A stretch of 64,000 nucleotides of DNA from contig CAZBBK010000002.1 in assembly GCA_964490075.1 (NCBI GenBank), positions 114,105-178,104 on the forward strand. Reading direction: 5' to 3'. Both the position numbers and the translations under genes were made by a program. This document shows, piece by piece, positions 61,859 through 64,000 of the stretch. This DNA is from an uncultured Gemmatimonadota bacterium. GTDB lineage: Bacteria > GCA-2686955. The notes below the pieces were generated by a model, which saw only the letters and a program-made list of their open reading frames with translations, had not been told where the DNA came from and ran no database searches. Positions within the stretch are counted from its first letter, which is position 1; each line of letters opens with the position of its first letter.

Positions 61859-62236
61859 GTGGCCCGCGGGGCAGCCCCGAGGCCTGGAGAGCGTGGTTGT
61901 CATGAGACGAAAACTTCCATCTTGCTGACCGTACTGCTCGTCGTCCTCGGCATCGCGCTAATCGTCTACCCGCTGCTCGAGCTCTGGTTCTTCTACGACG
62001 ATCCACGCAACCATCGGGTCCCGGTCGCGCGCGCCTGGACGCGCGTCGCGGCCGCGCGGCGCCGCGCCTGGGTGCCCAGCTCGCGTTGCCCGGACTGCGG
62101 CAGCTCCGACGTCGAGGTCCTCGACCGCGGTTTCGCGTTCCTGCGCGGCTGGTTCAGCCGCACGCTGAACATGGGCTGCCCGAAGTGCCGGGTTCGCTGG
62201 CGGCAAGGGGGGCGGCGGGGAACGATCGAGATGTAG
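61859..62236 (+). CDS. Small membrane protein with CxxC...CxxC zinc ribbon
   Basis: TM 'ILLTVLLVVLGIALIVYPLL'; 'CPDC' and 'CPKC'; start uncertain. Confidence 0.65.
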   Translation: MARGAAPRPGERGCHETKTSILLTVLLVVLGIALIVYPLLELWFFYDDPRNHRVPVARAWTRVAAARRRAWVPSSRCPDCGSSDVEVLDRGFAFLRGWFSRTLNMGCPKCRVRWRQGGRRGTIEM

Positions 62237-62255
62237 GGACGGACCAAGAAGAACG

Positions 62256-64000
62256 ATGCCCCTTCGCCGAAACCGCCCCCGGGGGCTTGCCGCGATCGCG
62301 ACCCTTCTGCTCATGAGCGCTTGCGGTGAGCGGCCGGGAACGCGCTCCGATGCGGCCCTCGGATCGCTTCTGGACCGCGAGATCCGCCACCTCGGGAGTC
62401 GACAGGAAGCCGAGCGCGTGCTCGGCCGCTGGGGATTCGAGCAGGGCCGCAGAGAGGGCTGGCGGCTGCGTTTGAACAAGGGGAGAGCGGTCCTGGAGGG
62501 CGTGGCGGACGCTCCCGATGACGCCGGCGGTGCCCTGGTGGTGCGTGCGCAGCCGCCTGGCGCGGACGCCCACGCCGAGATCCACGTCGCGGTGCGTCCC
62601 TCCACCGGCTATCGAATCAGCGCCCACCTGCGCACGCAAGAGCTGCTCCCCGAGGCGCGCCTCTTCGGCACTCTCTACACCGCCGAGCTCGCCTATTTCG
62701 ACCTCCGGGGCGACCGCAACGATGCGCTGCGCTGGCACATCGAGCAGCCTCTCCTGAAGGGCACCAGCCGCACCTGGCGGGAGATCTCCTTCGATCTTCT
62801 GACCACGCCGCGCACCCGCATGTTGCGCATCGCCGTCCCCCTCGCCAATTGGGGCACGGCCTCCGGTGCCGTGATCTTCGACGACGTGCAAATCGTCGAG
62901 CTGGGCAACGCTGGAATCTCGACCGGCTCCGTCCCCACGAGGGTTCGTGACCAGCGGGCAATGGTGTTGGGGGAGAGCCGCCGGGCACTGCGGGCCCCAC
63001 CTCCCTCGGAGCTGCGGATCGCTCTGCGAATCCCCGCCGACGCCGAGCTCGCTCTCGGCATGGGGCTGGAGAGTGCAGGCCTGCGGGGTCGCCAGGGCGA
63101 CGGTGTGCTCTTCTCGGTGGAGCTCGACCTGCAGGGCGAGACCCACGCGCTGCTACGCTCCCACCTCGGACGCGACGGAATTCTCGGCGAGCCGTGGCGC
63201 GATGCCACGATCCCGCTCTGGCAATTCTCCGGGGCCGAGGGCGAGCTCGTGCTCCGGACCCAGGCGTCGCCGGTTGGAGCTGTGAGCGTGGACCGTGCGG
63301 CCGACTTCGCCGTCTGGTCCGATCTGCGACTGTCGCAACCTGGCTCCATCGACGAAACCCGCGCGGCGCCCGCCATTCTGATGATCACCATCGACACTCT
63401 GCGACCCGATCGACTCGGCTGCTACGGCCACCATGTCGCCACCTCTCCCGAGATCGACCGCTTGGCGCGCGATGCAGTGCGCTTCGAAAACGCCTTCACC
63501 ACGATTCCCAGAACCTCGCCGGCCCTGGCTTCGCTGATGACCGGGCGCTACCCCCGCGATCACGGCGCCCGCAGCCTGCTCGACGCACTTCCCGATTCCG
63601 CCACGACTCTGGCCGAAGAGCTGCGGATGCGCGGCTATTCGACCGCCGCGTTCGTCACCAAGAACGCCGCCGAGGACACCGGCCTGCTGCAGGGTTTCGA
63701 TACCTTCGTCGACCACCGTGGGCTGCACGTGAACCATCCGGATGCCGGCGCGGCCCACCTCGCCGCGCGAGCGCGCCGCTGGCTCAGCGGCCGTCTTGGC
63801 GACAAGTTTTTCTGCTGGCTTCATGTCTGGGATCCACACTTCCAGTATCGCCCCGAAGAGCCGGATCGTTGTCGCTTCGATTCCACCTACGGCGCCCACT
63901 TCGATCTCTACCAACGGATCGACACGGGAGAGCTGAGCCTGGGGCAGATCTACTTCGACAATCCGCTCTCGCAGCGCGATGTCGAGCACGCAAAGGCGCT
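62256..64000 (+). CDS. Lipoprotein with sulfatase-like (alkaline phosphatase superfamily) domain, runs off the window
   Basis: Lipobox 'LLLMSAC'; in-frame 'ILMITIDTLRPDRLGCYG', 'RFENAF', 'TSPALASLMTGRYP..HG', 'WLHVWDPH'. Absent from the ORF track, presumably because no stop falls in the window. Confidence 0.85.
   Translation, partial: MPLRRNRPRGLAAIATLLLMSACGERPGTRSDAALGSLLDREIRHLGSRQEAERVLGRWGFEQGRREGWRLRLNKGRAVLEGVADAPDDAGGALVVRAQPPGADAHAEIHVAVRPSTGYRISAHLRTQELLPEARLFGTLYTAELAYFDLRGDRNDALRWHIEQPLLKGTSRTWREISFDLLTTPRTRMLRIAVPLANWGTASGAVIFDDVQIVELGNAGISTGSVPTRVRDQRAMVLGESRRALRAPPPSELRIALRIPADAELALGMGLESAGLRGRQGDGVLFSVELDLQGETHALLRSHLGRDGILGEPWRDATIPLWQFSGAEGELVLRTQASPVGAVSVDRAADFAVWSDLRLSQPGSIDETRAAPAILMITIDTLRPDRLGCYGHHVATSPEIDRLARDAVRFENAFTTIPRTSPALASLMTGRYPRDHGARSLLDALPDSATTLAEELRMRGYSTAAFVTKNAAEDTGLLQGFDTFVDHRGLHVNHPDAGAAHLAARARRWLSGRLGDKFFCWLHVWDPHFQYRPEEPDRCRFDSTYGAHFDLYQRIDTGELSLGQIYFDNPLSQRDVEHAKA

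Overview
High-GC (roughly 70% by eye) chromosomal window from a diderm bacterium. PorV-like, FlgD-Ig, malectin/CotH/lamin-tail and C-terminal 'W(S/G)xxK' features suggest an FCB-group candidate lineage such as Eisenbacteria, Krumholzibacteria or Latescibacteria (inference only). The backbone is housekeeping: M50 protease-scpA-scpB-rluB, cmk-rpsA-galT-glgA, tRNA Gly-Cys-Leu, yhhQ, dsbD, rhomboid-queD-DUF1998 helicase-YprB exonuclease-trpS, serS, tonB-exbBD, rny, rpsO-pnp-dut, asnS with a Btu/Fec-type ABC importer, and purN. Interspersed are three toxin-antitoxin modules (HEPN/MNT and two Phd/VapC), a 161-bp hairpin MITE and many secreted proteins. The most interesting locus is 27.8-32.1 kb. There a sigma-54-like promoter precedes a 99-aa signal-peptide ORF that is translationally coupled to a TPR-GAF-AAA+-HTH sigma-54 activator, followed by another small secreted protein. 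This looks like an undescribed, autoregulated peptide-sensing sigma-54 module. A near-consensus sigma-54 promoter at 46.8 kb drives another tiny secreted peptide. Also noted: several apparently leaderless genes (including one palindromic bidirectional -10), two small membrane ORFs that the ORF track does not call as separate genes, a fused ECF/anti-sigma protein and several unusual gene overlaps. All family assignments come from motif recognition by eye; no searches were run.
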